Assembly: GCF_009914755.1 (NCBI RefSeq)
Contig: NC_060925.1
Source of the DNA: the human T2T-CHM13v2.0 reference genome, Homo sapiens
Strand: one strand, 5' to 3'
Length of the DNA stretch: 64,000 nt
Below the pieces are notes generated by a model, which worked only from the letters and a program-made list of their open reading frames with translations, was not told where the DNA came from and searched no databases. How positions within the stretch are numbered: position 1 is the first letter of the stretch; every line of letters begins with the position of its first letter. This document shows positions 17,280 to 34,858 of this stretch, one piece after another. The position numbers and the translations under genes were made by a program.

Positions 17280-17958
17280 TTTCTTTTTTTTTTTTTTCTT
17301 TCTTTCTTTTTTTTTTATTATACTTTAAGTTTTAGGGTACATGTGCACATTGTGCAGGTTAGTTACATATGTATACATGTGTCATGCTGGTGCGCTGCAC
17401 CCACTAACTCGTCATCTAGCATTAGGTATATCTCCCAGTGCTATCCCTCCCCCCTCCCCCCACCCCACCACAGTCCCCAGAGTGTGATATTCCCCTTCCT
17501 GTGTCCATGTGATCTCATTGTTCAATTCCCACCTATGAGTGAGAATATGCGGTGTTTGGTTTTTTGTTCTTGCGATAGTTTACTGAGAATGATGATTTCC
17601 AATTTCATCCATGTCCCTACAAAGGACATGAACTCATCATTTTTTATGGCTGCATAGTATTCCATGGTGTATATGTGCCACATTTTCTTAATCCAGTCTA
17701 TCATTGTTGGACATTTGGGTTGGTTCCAAGTCTTTGCTATTGTGAATAATGCCGCAATAAACATACGTGTGCATGTGTCTTTATAGCAGCATGATTTATA
17801 GTCCTTTGGGTATATACCCAGTAATGGGATGGCTGGGTCAAATGGTATTTCTAGTTCTAGATCCCTGAGGAATCGCCACACTGACTTCCACAATGGTTGA
17901 ACTAGTTTACAGTCCCACCAACAGTGTAAAAGTGTTCCTATCTCTCCACATCCTCTCT
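17280..17958 (-). mobile_element. 5'-truncated young L1 (L1PA2-type): end of ORF2, 3'UTR and poly(A)
   Basis: Intact ORF2 C-terminal peptide ...SVWRFLRDLELEIPFDPAIPLLGIYP...RIFSLIGGN; 3'UTR has GATGACGAGTTAG and AAAACTTAAAGTATAAT, i.e. GAG and A rather than the L1HS-Ta ACA and G. Confidence 0.9.
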
Positions 17959-18876
17959 CAGTGAATGTTGTTGAATAGCCCTAGGCAGGGGCTGCCACCC
18001 GGGGATCAGCTGCGTTCTGATGACTTTTCTTTGGGTTCCATACGCCCAAACGGCTCAACAGGTTCTCTGATCAGCCAGGACATATCCAACAGAGTCATTC
18101 TGCACACACGTTGCATCATTACTCCGGGGAACTCTGTGAAGTTAGCTGGCCAACAGCGCAAAAAGGTATCCCAAGAACAATCAGGAAAACAAGCAAGAAG
18201 GCCAAGTTAAGAAACCAAACAAAAAATTTTCCACCAAACTTTGAGCTAGAAACATTTTTTTTTTAAGTAGCAAGAATCCAACAAATATTTAAACCACAAA
18301 TCTATTCCAGGGTGTGTATATAATGTCAAAATATGTGGCTGAACAGTTTGTCATATCTGAGCTGGCTGCCAAACACAAACTGTTCAGCATTTCAAGCTCT
18401 GATATTTGGGGTAGAAAAGGCTAAGAGGTTGCTCTTTAAGAATAAGCTTTTATTGTGGATTTTGGAAGCTTCTCCTGGGATGGAGAAGATACAAAAGCCA
18501 AGCCTGAAACAAAGAAGCAAAGACACACCACCCCTGGGGTGATGGGATTTAAAAGAAAATCAAAAACAGTTTAGAAGTTAATAACATCCCCTAAAATTAA
18601 TAAGTAAAGCATACTCAATTGTCTTCCATTGCTGAAGGTAGTATTTTTTAAAACCTCACTTTATCTAATGGGGACACAGAAGGAAATGATTTTTTGTTTT
18701 TAGCAACTTGAAATGATAACGAATTTAATTATAACTATGGCAGGTAGGGGTTCTGAAAAGCAGAAACCATTCCTCCAGTTGACTTTTATTTAGTCAAATT
18801 TTGCAAAGCAATTGAAGTTCCACATTAAACACACAAGGAAAATGACCCACGACAAGTGAGACAATTTGTTGGCATC

Positions 18877-19269
18877 TGCTATGGCTTGAATGTCCCCTCC
18901 AAAACTCATATTGAAACTTAATCCCCAATGTGATAGCATTTAGAAATGGGGCCTTTCTGAGCTGATTGGGTCATGAGGGCTCTGCCCTGAAGAATGAATT
19001 AATGCAGTCATGGATTAATGGATGAATGTGTTATCACGGGAATGGGACTGATGGCTTTACAGGAAGAGGAAGAGAGACCCGACCCAGGATGCTCAGCCTC
19101 CTGTACCACCTCTGCAGAGAGCCCCCACCAGAAACAAGGCCATCACCAAATGTGGCCCCCTGATCTTGGACTTCTCAGCCTCCATCACTGTAAGAAATAA
19201 ATTTTTTTTCTTTATAAATTACTCAGTTTCAGGTATTCTGCTAGAAGCATCAGAAAAGTGACTAAGACC
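18877..19269 (+). mobile_element. MaLR solo LTR (MST family, MSTD-like)
   Basis: TGCTATGGCTTGAATG...GACTAAGAC ends; 5-bp TSD GCATC at 18872 and 19270. Confidence 0.85.
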
Positions 19270-19686
19270 GCATCTGAAGGGAGGAACGTTTAACATGGTG
19301 GGGTTTTGCCATTTTTGTGTTAATTCTGGAATTAAGACAAATTCCAGCCTCCCAGATGGTGCACCGAGTGAACATTACCAGGACCCCCAGATTTGCACAG
19401 AAAGGATTCTCCTGACCATCTGCAAGCATCCAAACCAGTTGATCCTTTTGAGGGCAGAGTTTAGAATGGACATTGGCCCATAGCCGAATCCATTTGGAAT
19501 TGGCACCCCAGCATTAACCATGGTGCATCTCTGATGCTCAATTGTAACCACGCTATGACTTCAGGAGCACCAGGAAAGAGAGACAGGAGGGAGAGGATGA
19601 TGGGATAAACTTTACTTGCCACAGACTTTGGTCTAAGCCAGCCTTCTGTGGCCCTGCTGGGACTTAGCAACCATTAAGATAGGTCT

Positions 19687-20024
<338 letters not shown>

Positions 20025-20416
20025 CTAAGAAAAAAATACATGAAAGAGATTTCAAAGAAGTGAAGGAAAGTGAGGGACATAAACAATTCTTTGTCCAGGC
20101 TGCATAATTTTAACACTACGGCCTTTGTGGCCACACACCACGCAGTTGTGAAGATGGGCTCCCAGTGACTGTCCCCTGAGATGGAGAAATAGCACAGGAA
20201 AGGAAGACTTTGCCATATTTGAAAAATGGGCCTTCCTGGGGGATGCCTGTAGAGAATACGAGAAAAAATGAGGAAAGAGAGACCATGTATGGCTGCCATA
20301 AGAAAAACTCTACACACCTACGGAGATGTGGGTAAAGCAACATGGAAAACGAGCACCAAAACAAAAACTCCGCTCCTCCTTCTCCCGCATGAAACGAACA
20401 TAGAAAAGCAAATTAC

Positions 20417-20566
20417 CTTCTGCAACACATTGCCTGCCATTGCCCGTATAGCCAGCGACACAGCTGCAGCAGAAGCCCGTGGCGTAGTCCCTGCACTCTG
20501 CGTGCACCGAGCACTGGTGTCTGTTGTTAGCACACGTCTGGCGGGAATCCGTGTTATAGCTGAAAA
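20417..20566 (-). CDS. NID1: Nidogen-1 exon 5 (EGF-like 1), 150 nt
   Basis: Acceptor ccag|TT, donor AAG|gtaatt; TCANNRHQCSVHAECRDYATGFCCSCVAGYTGNGRQCVAE; phase 1-1. Confidence 0.97.
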
Positions 20567-20971
20567 CTGGTCCAAGAAAACAATTGCACACCTGTAAGCA
20601 TTTCATGCAGCTCTAGCCCGGGGGGCTCTCTCATCTAGGCACCCTCAAGCACTGCAGGGACTCACACCTGCATGGGCAATTCAAGGGACCAGGCTCACTA
20701 CAGAAGATTACAATCCCCTACAGGTAGCCACTTAAATAGTTACGTGAGCCTGGGCAACATGGTGAAACTCACATCACTGAGGCAAACAGGTCTAAAAGGA
20801 GTTGAGAAATCACAAGGTGATTATTAATTATTGAAAACTGCTAGAATCTAGTGTACTTGGCATCAATGTTAGATTAGTGCTATCCAATAGCAATCTCAGG
20901 ATGGTGTCCATCCAAACTAGTGAGAACAATGAGCTTCATGTTTGGGGGGACTCTTAAAATATATATTAAAA

Positions 20972-21209
20972 CATATATAATATATATTACCTATGTTATA
21001 TAGGTCATATATAATATATATTACCTATGTTATATAGGTCATATATAATATATATTACCTATGTTATATAGGTCATATATAATATATATTACCTATGCTA
21101 TATAGGTCATATATAATATATATTACCTATGTTATATAGGTCATATATAATAAATATTACCTATGTTATATAGGTCATATATAATATATATTACCTATGT
21201 TATATAGGT
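20972..21209. repeat. 34-bp minisatellite, 7 near-identical units (CATATATAATATATATTACCTATGTTATATAGGT)
   Basis: Units start at 20972, 21006, 21040, 21074, 21108, 21142, 21176; only two single-base variants seen. Confidence 0.97.
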
Positions 21210-21630
21210 CATATATAACATAAATATATTACATATATGTAATATATATTAAATATAAATATATAACATATATGTGTAACTATATATGTAAATATGTACA
21301 TATACATATATGTAAATATATAATATATATTTACATTATATTATATAATATATATTTACATTATATATTTATATATACATTATATATATTTACATTATAA
21401 ATATTTATATAATATATATTTACATTATATTACATTATATAAAATACAATATATTACATTATAATACATTATAACAGATAAAATATATTTATATGTTATA
21501 TAATAATATATAATACAGTATATACTACATATAATTATATGATATAATTTTTTTAATTTTTTATTGTGGTAAAATATATATAACATAAAATTTGCCATTT
21601 TAACAACCTTAAAATATGTACATATATTTT
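21210..21630. repeat. Extremely AT-rich low-complexity tract
   Basis: (TA)-rich sequence with recurring TTTACATTATA motifs, directly after the minisatellite. Confidence 0.9.
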
Positions 21631-22975
21631 ATCCTCCTTCCTCTGCCTCCCAAGTAGCTGGGACTGCAGGCGGGTGCCATTGTGCCTGGCTTATATTCTT
21701 TTTAATTTTAAATCACCCCCCACCCCACCCCAACATACACTTTTCCCTGAGGAATAATTTGGAAGCACTTATACTCAAAAGCTGAACAAAAATAATGCCC
21801 TAGTCACACCTGGGCTAAAAAGCCTTTGACCCAAGAAAGAAAAAGAACATCTCCCTATTTTAAATTTCCACATTCCAACTTTGTTTTATTAGAATCATGA
21901 ACTAGCTCATTATATTTAATAATCCCGAGCAAATTAATTTGGAATGAAATTCAAAAGCACAAGAGGGGTAAACTTTCAGAGAAGATAATGATCCCATTCA
22001 TAATTGACTGTTACGAGTGAAGAGAAAAGCAAAGTTTAAACCCAGGTAGACTCTATGAGTCCTACATACTCGGAAGGGAATTTCTGGCTTTATAAAGACA
22101 GCGTTTGGAGCCGAGCACACTTGAGCCCTGAACTGAACACGTGATGCCGCTGATTACTTAAACTCCAGCTGTGGGCAGAGCTCTCAGGGGTCATTATGGC
22201 CTGTGTACATGTGAACTATTCAAATAACACCAGGAATGCACTACTGGCCACAGAAGACTGACCTTTCTCTTCAACATAGGGAAATAACTGGGGTAGAGGG
22301 ACAGGAAAACATCTGTTTTAGACACAATCTGCGTTCAAATCTAGGCTTTTTTCAGTCTTAAGTAATACACTGCCCCAAGTTGTTGGGCTGGATATGGTCT
22401 CATTCAAATGTGATGGCTTCACAAATGAGAATTTCAGAGACACCTAGAAAGGGTGGAGACAGGATGGAACTCAAAACCCAACATATGCAAGGAAACACAC
22501 CCAACACATCTGGGGGAGATGACTCCAAAACCCACGGCAGAGTGGCATGTGCTGAGCAATGTAAGCATCACCCCAGGAACCCAGGGTGCAGTAGGAGAAC
22601 CTAAGACATGAGCCCCTGTCCTTGTCCTGCCACCAAATGGCAGCTTCTCCATTTCCGTGCCTCAGAAGTAAGTCAGCACGCCAGCCAGTAAGCACCCCAT
22701 CTCGTCCACAGTTTGGGATACTCGTGAGAACAAGCGTGTATGGCTACTGCTGTGAGATAAATCAGAACAAGTAAGGGCAAATAAAAATGAGTGAACAGTG
22801 TGGAATGGGCCAGACTTCTCTAAGAGTTTTATGATCATTCCTTAGTAGAAAAGCAGCAGACAGCTGCAATAAGCTTATCTAAAGGCTTGGACTATCCCAT
22901 TTATATGAGTCTTAGTGGATTCCGTATCAAACTAATGTGAAAAAAAAATAATGAGGACAGTTTAGTTGGAACATC

Positions 22976-23679
<704 letters not shown>

Positions 23680-24222
23680 TATTTTTTTTTAAAGAGTATC
23701 TACTTTGATATATATATATTTTTTAATCTTCACAAACCAACTCTGAAACTGACGGGACCTGGGAAGAAAAATAATCAACAATTCTAATTCCAAAACCAAG
23801 AGGAAATAAATGTCAAAGATAAGCTTCATAGACAGCCAAAAGAACTTCTAAAATGTTTTTTCAGGTGGATGAATACATTTCTGATCTGAGAAATCACAAG
23901 AAAATCTGACTTTCAAAACAATTCTAACGGACGTTTTCTCTTTAAAACAGACAGAACGGAATACTAGGAAACTTGAAAGAAGACACACTCAACAGTCTCC
24001 AAAACCATGGTCCTAATCCCAAAAGATCACTGAGCATCTCTGAAGCCACTGGGCATATAACACCAAGGCTCCACGGCTGTGAGAGTTCAGCCTCTACTTT
24101 CCCAAGCTCTTATCTTTACAAACCACCATGTAATGCTCACAACTGACATCTCCCCAGCAGTACGCCTGTCTGGAAGCCCACACATCCAAGATCGTTACCA
24201 ACTGCAACTTAAATGGTCTTAC

Positions 24223-24605
24223 CAACTCCTGTTTCCTCAACTTCATCCACATCTATGACCTGAGGGTGCTGCTGGTGAAAAGTCTCCACTGCCAACTGGA
24301 AAGACCTGGTTCTCTCTGTGGGAGGTCCAAGGGGCCTTTCGGTAGCTGCCCGGCGCGGGGAGAGGACGCTGGGCACACTGTATGTGTCAGCACCTCCCCT
24401 TCTCAGAGCCTTGTAGGAGAAGGGCGTGGTGCCCACATCCTCCAGGCCCAGACGAGTGGTCGCCAGGTCATAATCTTCATCCTCATCATCATACTCTGCC
24501 CCATCTTCAGTTCCGAGGATCACGTCTGCAGGCACCACGCCATTGGTGGTGGCTGGACTCCCAATCTCAAACACCCAGACACCCTGCTGCCCAGAGTTAC
24601 TACTC
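24223..24605 (-). CDS. NID1: Nidogen-1 exon 4 (end of G1 and acidic flexible link), 383 nt
   Basis: Acceptor cctag|G, donor G|gtaaga; SSNSGQQGVWVFEIG...EYDDEDEDYD...EETGV; Tyr residues in acidic context typical of sulfation sites. Confidence 0.97.
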
Positions 24606-25009
24606 CTAGGAGGAAGGACAGGCTTCTTAGAAACAGGCCAGCAACCCACCAACAGCCACCACTACCCAAGCAGAGGGAGCCCTGAGGATCTGTGTTGGTC
24701 TGCAAGCCATCACCTGCAGCTAGGACTGGAGAGTGGAAGGGCACTGGCCGTCATGTCTGGGCGTCATGTGGCTGAGGCAGTCTAGGGCTGTCTGGTGAGA
24801 CTGTGTCCAAATGGGCACAATACTAGCACAAGCTCAGTCCCAGCCATTCCAGAAGTGTGCTCCAGGGACACTATCAGGACTTAAAATTCAACTTGCTCAT
24901 CCTAATTGCTGGTTACATGCTCTACCTTATGAGCTAAGGTGGCTCATAGGACTGACAGTGGCTTTAGGACTGAAGTCATTCATGCTCTCCACTATCTCTT
25001 TCCATGACA

Positions 25010-25800
25010 TGGTATGATACAATTGAAAATACATGTTTGGTCTCTGTCCTCACATTCTGAAACAAGAGCTCCTACAGCCTTTGGAATTTCTGAAGTGATA
25101 AGAGTGTCTTTTGTAGGCTAATGAGTTGACTGATGGCTGGGAGCTCCTAGACAGTTTCAGGATGGGGGCTGGTGGCCAGAAAGACCAAGGCATGATTAGA
25201 AGGTTGGAATGTCCAGCTTTCCCCACTGCCTCCAGGGAGGGGAGATGGGCTGGAGATTGAGTCAATCACCAAGGATCAGTGATTTAATCAACTGTGCCTA
25301 TGAAATAACACCACCATAAAAACCCTAAAATGATGGGGTTCAGAGAGCTTCTGGGTTGAACACATCAAGGTGCGGGAAGGCTGGTGTACTCAGAGACGGC
25401 ATAGAAACCCTGCCCCCTTACCCATACCTTGTCCTATGCCTCTCTTCCATTTGGTTGTTCCAGAGTTGTATCCTTTAGAATGAACTGGTAATAGTGAAGC
25501 ATTTTTCTGTGTTATGTGAGCCATTCTAGCAAATTATCAAATCTGAGGAGCATGCCATGGAAACCCTCCATTTATAGCTGGTTGGTCAGAAGTACAGGTG
25601 GAAACACAGGACTTGGGACTGGCATCTGAAGTGGGGGCAGTCCTGTGGGACTGAGCCCTTAACCTGTGGGGTCTGCAGTAACGCCAGTGCTAGAATTGAA
25701 CTGAAGTGTAGGACACCCGGCTGGTGTGCAGAGAATTGGTTGGTGTGGGAAAAAAAACCCCACCCATTTGGTGTCAGAAGTGTGAGTGAAAACATTGCAG
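25010..25800. mobile_element. LTR, MER21-like
   Basis: Contains CCAGAAAGACCAAGGCATGATTAGA and TTGGTGTCAGAAGTG segments recalled from MER21; boundaries approximate. Confidence 0.65.
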
Positions 25801-25829
25801 ACGTGGTTTTTTAGAAATCCCAACTCCAG

Positions 25830-26358
<529 letters not shown>

Positions 26359-26506
26359 TTATATTATACGGTGGACAGAGGGGACATACATTACTCAGTG
26401 GAAAATACTGAGCAAAACAATGGGGTGGGGTGGGGATGATAAATCACAAAAGTCCTGCATAAATAGGATGTCTAATCAATTTGTCTGCCTGGGATTCAAG
26501 TAAAGA

Positions 26507-26920
26507 CAGTGGTGTGTGGGAGCTTATATGGACTAGCTTGTGAGAGCTGGCTGTTAAAGTTTTAGGAATTTTGCAAGCCAGTTATTAAACACAGCCATTC
26601 TAAACAATTAAATTACATGAACTTCCAATTAAACAAGTTATATTTTTTAAAAGGAAAAAATATTCAAAACTCATCATATTCTAATCCTTTTGCTACTGTC
26701 CATGCTCTTGAAATTATATATATTAAACCTATTTTATCTTTATGGTGAGAATATATATAATGGTGCATGTTTTCTGAACTCTTCAATGAGTGACATGACG
26801 TTAATAACTTGAACTTGGCCATCGTAGGAGTATTTACATCACAGAAACAGGCAAACGCTATAAATCAGGTTCCTCTGCCCTCATAAAACCAGTTGTTAAG
26901 CATTTACCAGCACATCACTA
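26507..26920. mobile_element. MER63-like hAT-Blackjack element
   Basis: Terminal inverted repeats CAGTGGTGTG ... CAGCACATCACT. Confidence 0.7.
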
Positions 26921-27228
26921 AGTGAAGGGCAGAGGAATTCAAGCTAGATTTGAAGATATAAAATTAAAAGGTGGTTTTAGGGGATTCACTCTTGGTTTTT
27001 AAAGAATAATGGGAGAGGAAAGGTTTTAATCTTCAAAATCCAATTTGGGCTTTTCCCTCTTTTGTCAAATTCTACAACATAACCTGAGAGCACCATTTCT
27101 GTTGTAAGAATATTCCCCCTAGTCAATGTGAAGGAAAAGGTTTTCTCAGCCTTGAGATCAAAGGAGATAGGTTTGAATAACCCTTATTTCTAACAGTGTT
27201 TATAGACAAAATGGTAAAAACTGTCTTA

Positions 27229-27551
<323 letters not shown>

Positions 27552-27770
27552 ATTTTAAATGAGGATGATATCTAAAAAATAGGATATCTGTTCATTCTAA
27601 AAATACATTTCCTTAAGTTCATCAGAAAAAGAGTATCTCATAATATAAAAACTATATGCAAAACTTAAATCCATAGGAACATTTTTAGGTAATGATCTAT
27701 AATACACATTACATTATCCACATTAAAAAATATTAAGAGGAGAATCTACTGAAGAACAAAGAAAGCATAC

Positions 27771-27997
27771 TTGGCCAAATTTTCAACTGATTCCCTGTCA
27801 TTAGCAAATATGTTATAAGCTCCGTTGCTCTTCCATAAGAATCCCACTGAACCTTGACTGAATGCAACCACGGCAGGAACTTGGTTGTTTTCCTTCTTTG
27901 AGAATGTCGTATGGAACTGCAGACCATCCTCAGGATAAAGGAAAATGGCATAGGAGCTGGAATCAGAGGAGGCTAGAACAGCCTGGAACGTGTTTCT
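27771..27997 (-). CDS. NID1: Nidogen-1 exon 3 (NIDO/G1), 227 nt
   Basis: Acceptor cacag|AGA, donor CAA|gtatgc; reads RNTFQAVLASSDSSSYAIFLYPEDGLQF...ENLAK in frame with exons 2 and 4. The ORF track shows only a wrong-frame ORF here. Confidence 0.95.
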
Positions 27998-29240
27998 CTG
28001 TGAAGATGAGTTAAAATTCAGTTACTCGGAAAAATATCGATAGATTTTAAAATGTGTTATTCGCCAGACTATCTATAAAGCGTACAGTGCTATAGAGCGA
28101 TGGCAATATTCTCACCTTATTCTAAAAGAAGGACTTTTGTAGCAAGAACCTAGGATTCTGGGATAGTTCCACTGAAATATCCCTAAGGCTATGTCAACAT
28201 GACATTTTCTGATTAATTCATAAATATCTTCTGCATAACTGTGGCCCTAAGGTTAACCAAAAATTATACAGATGGTACCTCCAGATGGTGGCCTAAAATC
28301 TCACGCAGTTTAGGAAATTCTTACCCAAAGACTTTGTTTCCATGGCTGTTAACATATTCAACCGCATTCATCGTTTAACAAACATTTATTGAACCCAAGC
28401 ACCGTACAGTAGAAAAAACAAAACAAAACATGAGATTTGGGAGAAAACAGACCTGGATCCAAATCTTTGCTCTACTCATTATTATGTGACTTGGGCGTGA
28501 TACTTGAGTTCCCTAAGCCTCGATGTTTGCATCTGTAAAATGGAGATAAAACCACCTCCTTCACAGAAATGAGGAAGACTACATGAGGTCACGTATGAAA
28601 GAGCAGGCACATGCCGGGCGCGGTGGCTCATGCCTGTAATCCCAGCACTTTGGGAAGGCTGACATGTGAAGAAAACATTGCAAAACCTGAGGTTGGATTC
28701 TGTAATCGAAACATTTGCAAAGCGCTGCAGGAGCCGTAAGAGGAAGCGTCCCATGCCAGGAGCGGTGGGAGTGCATCCCATGCCAGGAGGCTGTGGTTGG
28801 TCAAGGCCTCACGGGAGGGCCCAGTCTGAATGAACAAGCAGGAGGAAGCTGCCACCTGTAGGGGGGTCAGGGAGAGGACGTCCCAAACAGAGAGGACAGC
28901 CTGTGCAAGATACTGCGGATAAAAAAAAAAGAGCAAGGGCAAGGTCAGGGAATTACATGTAATTTGGTATAGCGGCTGCAAAGGGTATGCGGAGGTGGAA
29001 CAGATTAGGCCCAAGAGGCAAGCAAGGGATCCATACCAATGGGTTAGGCATTTATCACCCAAGTGAAAGGGAGGCAGCTGAGACACTTAACATTTAAGCT
29101 GTTTTCAAGTTTGGCACTCAGACAGATAACAGTTGGCAAGCAAAATGTGTCATGCAGGCCCCTAACAGACTTTCCCAAAGTGTGCTCTGTGGGATGTAAT
29201 GCATCTTTTTTGGAGCGGGGGAAGGGAAGAGGTATGGTCA

Positions 29241-29537
<297 letters not shown>

Positions 29538-30051
29538 TTAGCATTTCCCAAACTAGAAGGCCTTTTCCTCAAGGTGTATCTTGTAGGACTGGTGTTTTGT
29601 GGTACACACTTTAGGAACCACCAGCCTGAAATACCTCCCATTTATATGAAGTGCTTTGGGACCCTTCAAGTTTCTTTCTTCCTCATTTTCCTATAAAGGT
29701 GAAGTTATGGTAGAGAGAAATTATTTTTCCAAGGGAAAATCGAGGCCTGTCCTAAAAAGTCACTTCAGGTCTAACAACGAGTTCCTGACCTACTCAAAGA
29801 CCCTGCTTCCTTCAAGGGCAAGTCCGTGCTCTACAGCCTGGTCCTTCCAGCCGTCCCTGATGACTGCGCCCACGGAGAGGCCAACCCTGGGTTATGACAA
29901 TACTTGGGTTTTGAACCACTCACATGGTCCAAATGATTCTTGTCTCCCCAACTAGAGTCTGGGCTTTACCTTTCTATCTTTGCATCCCTCAGGAGTACTT
30001 TGTTATTTTAACCTATCGTTTCATATTAATAATTTCTCTAGTCAGAAACTA

Positions 30052-30765
<714 letters not shown>

Positions 30766-31003
30766 TTACCAGGAATTGCTTTGCTTTATGTCTACTTGTC
30801 ATTAAAACGTAGAGTTATACAACCTTGCAGATAAGCTTTTGGAGGTTTGGGACCTGCAATAACCAGCCTACTAGATTTTGCTTTGGATTTCCTGTCTTTA
30901 TCAATGGTGTATAACTTATGTCAAAGCAGCACAAGGCGTGAGACCAAAGTGTATGAAGCCAATGTGTCTGATTACCTGCACTTGGACCTGGAGGGGAGCT
31001 TAC

Positions 31004-31303
31004 CTTGCCTTTCTGGTCTGGGTCCCTGCTGGGCCCTTGGTAGGGGGCCACGGATTCCCAAGTGACAACCACCGCGCTACTAGGCTGGAAAGAGATCTCC
31101 GGGAACCCTCTGTGGACACACTCTGCTGCTCGCTGAGTGATGGAGGGGGATAAGTCTTCTCGATAATAAACCTTCCCCAGGCCATCGGTCGTGTCCAAGT
31201 CCGCCAGGAAAGGGGCGACTGCACCGAATGTTGGTGGGAAGAGCCCGGGATGGGATTCTTTGGCCGGGGGTTCACTCGTAGCAATGATGCCATTTGTGGT
31301 GAC
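31004..31303 (-). CDS. NID1: Nidogen-1 exon 2 (NIDO/G1), 300 nt
   Basis: Acceptor cag|GTC, donor AAG|gtaagc; VTTNGIIATSEPP...PFLADLDTTDGLGKVYYRED...QKGK; phase 0-0. Confidence 0.97.
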
Positions 31304-31595
31304 CTGTACAAAACCAAGTGTGGTTAAAAGGAATGCAGAAACGGGTCCTTTCTCAGTAAGACTGAGCACCCACTCCTAGAATACTGTCAGCTGTACCCAT
31401 GCTGTGTAGAATACAACAGAATCTGAGAAAGATACGAGCCTGAACCGCATACCCCAGCATTCATTTCTAGGCAAAATGGGCTGTGTGGAAAGAGAACAGG
31501 AGTCATTATTCAAATCCTAGTGAATTTACTCGAAAAAGGGAGTAATCACTCCCTACCAGGACTGCTAATTGGTGTGCGTACAAACATGGTTAGGA

Positions 31596-33431
<1,836 letters not shown>

Positions 33432-34858
33432 TCAAAAGGGAGAGATTTTGCAAATGGCACTTTATTTTGCTCTTTAAGGGCTGCAGATTGGAAAAACACG
33501 AATCCAGAATAGCAACCCTCAGTTGTTAGAAGGCCAGTGGATTTTCCAGGCCACTTATTTCCCTCCCCCTCCCCCTGCCCCTCCCCCTCCCCTCCCTCCT
33601 CCTCCTCCCAGAGTCTTATCCCTCAGTCACTTCACACTTCATTACTAGAGGAGAGTGCAGGGGCAGAAAAAAAGAGAGGAACTAAAGACCAAACTCTAAA
33701 CATGCCAAAAACTTGCTATTAATAAAAAGGTTCAATGTGCAGAACCGATTGGCACCCAGGTGAGGATTGGAACCAGGGCTCTGGGAGTGAAATGCAGACT
33801 TAACAAAACTTTCTCTTTTAACCACATGTTATGGGCTATTAACTCTTTGGGTGACATATTTTCCATCATCACCCGGCACCAGCAAGGCTTTTCTAGAAGA
33901 TACTGGCAGGCTGTGGAGAAGGGAGTCAGACACGGGGCTTCTTCCAGCCGGTCCCTCTGTCTCCCTTCCAGGGACCCAAACATCTCCCAGCACAAGCATC
34001 CCAGGGAGCTGCCGTGTGGGAGCGTGGGAAACGGCTCACTCTCTCGAGCCGCCAGAAGTTGGCAGTAAGCAGTTGGAAGTGATCACAGGGAGGCCACATC
34101 CAGACAATTTAGTTTTAAAAAGCTGCTTTCCAGTGAAATTTAAATCAGTCCATTAATTTTGAAAACACTCTCAGTGTCTTTTATTATTTGGAATCTAGGC
34201 ATGGGAATATTTCTATTTTCACAAGGAATGTTTTAAGAGTCAGGTTTTAGGACAAATGTCATGCAGCACTGCAAATGCTTTGGACAACGGTCATATAACC
34301 CTCATTAGTATTTGCATTGGAAAATTATTTTTCAGCTAATTTTACTGAACATTCAGCTCGATCGTCTGTGATAATGAAGAAGGATGACTTCAAAGATAAA
34401 TGTAATGTGCAGAACAGCCAGAAGTTTCACTGGATTCTTAGCTTTAAACTTCTCCCTTGTAAACTTCATTTTCCTGGAAGTAACAGTTAATAGCAAAGTT
34501 GATGAAAAATATTCCCGTCCACTTGGGTGCAAGTCTCATTTTGCAAAGTCTGTCAAATGCACGATGCTCCTATCAGCCTTGTTCCTTTTCTCCATCTTTT
34601 GAAAGTACCATTGGACAATTCAACAGCAGAAGGGCAGGGAGCAAAAAGGGAAAGGACACAGGCACTCAGGCAGGAGGAGGCACAGACTCAGGCACAATCC
34701 CCAAGGGCACTGGGCCGGGGAGTCCTCGGGCCCATGTGACCACTGATGCCCAGGCCATCACCAATATTCGCTCAGTTGGTGAAGCCAGGAAACCTGGAAG
34801 TGGGTCCTGGTTCCTTCCTCTTTCTCACCACCCACGCTGCATGTCCTGTCTCCAACTA

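Noticed and set aside
17522-17893. 123-aa ORF with an intact reverse-transcriptase-associated C-terminus
   Set aside because: It is only the end of L1 ORF2 in a 5'-truncated, non-autonomous copy.
20972-21209. CRISPR-like appearance (34-bp repeats with an internal palindrome)
   Set aside because: Units are contiguous with no unique spacers and no cas genes; the context is a human intron, so it is a minisatellite.
27733-27951. 72-aa ORF overlapping exon 3
   Set aside because: Alternative frame of NID1 exon 3; the real frame is fixed by the splice phases.
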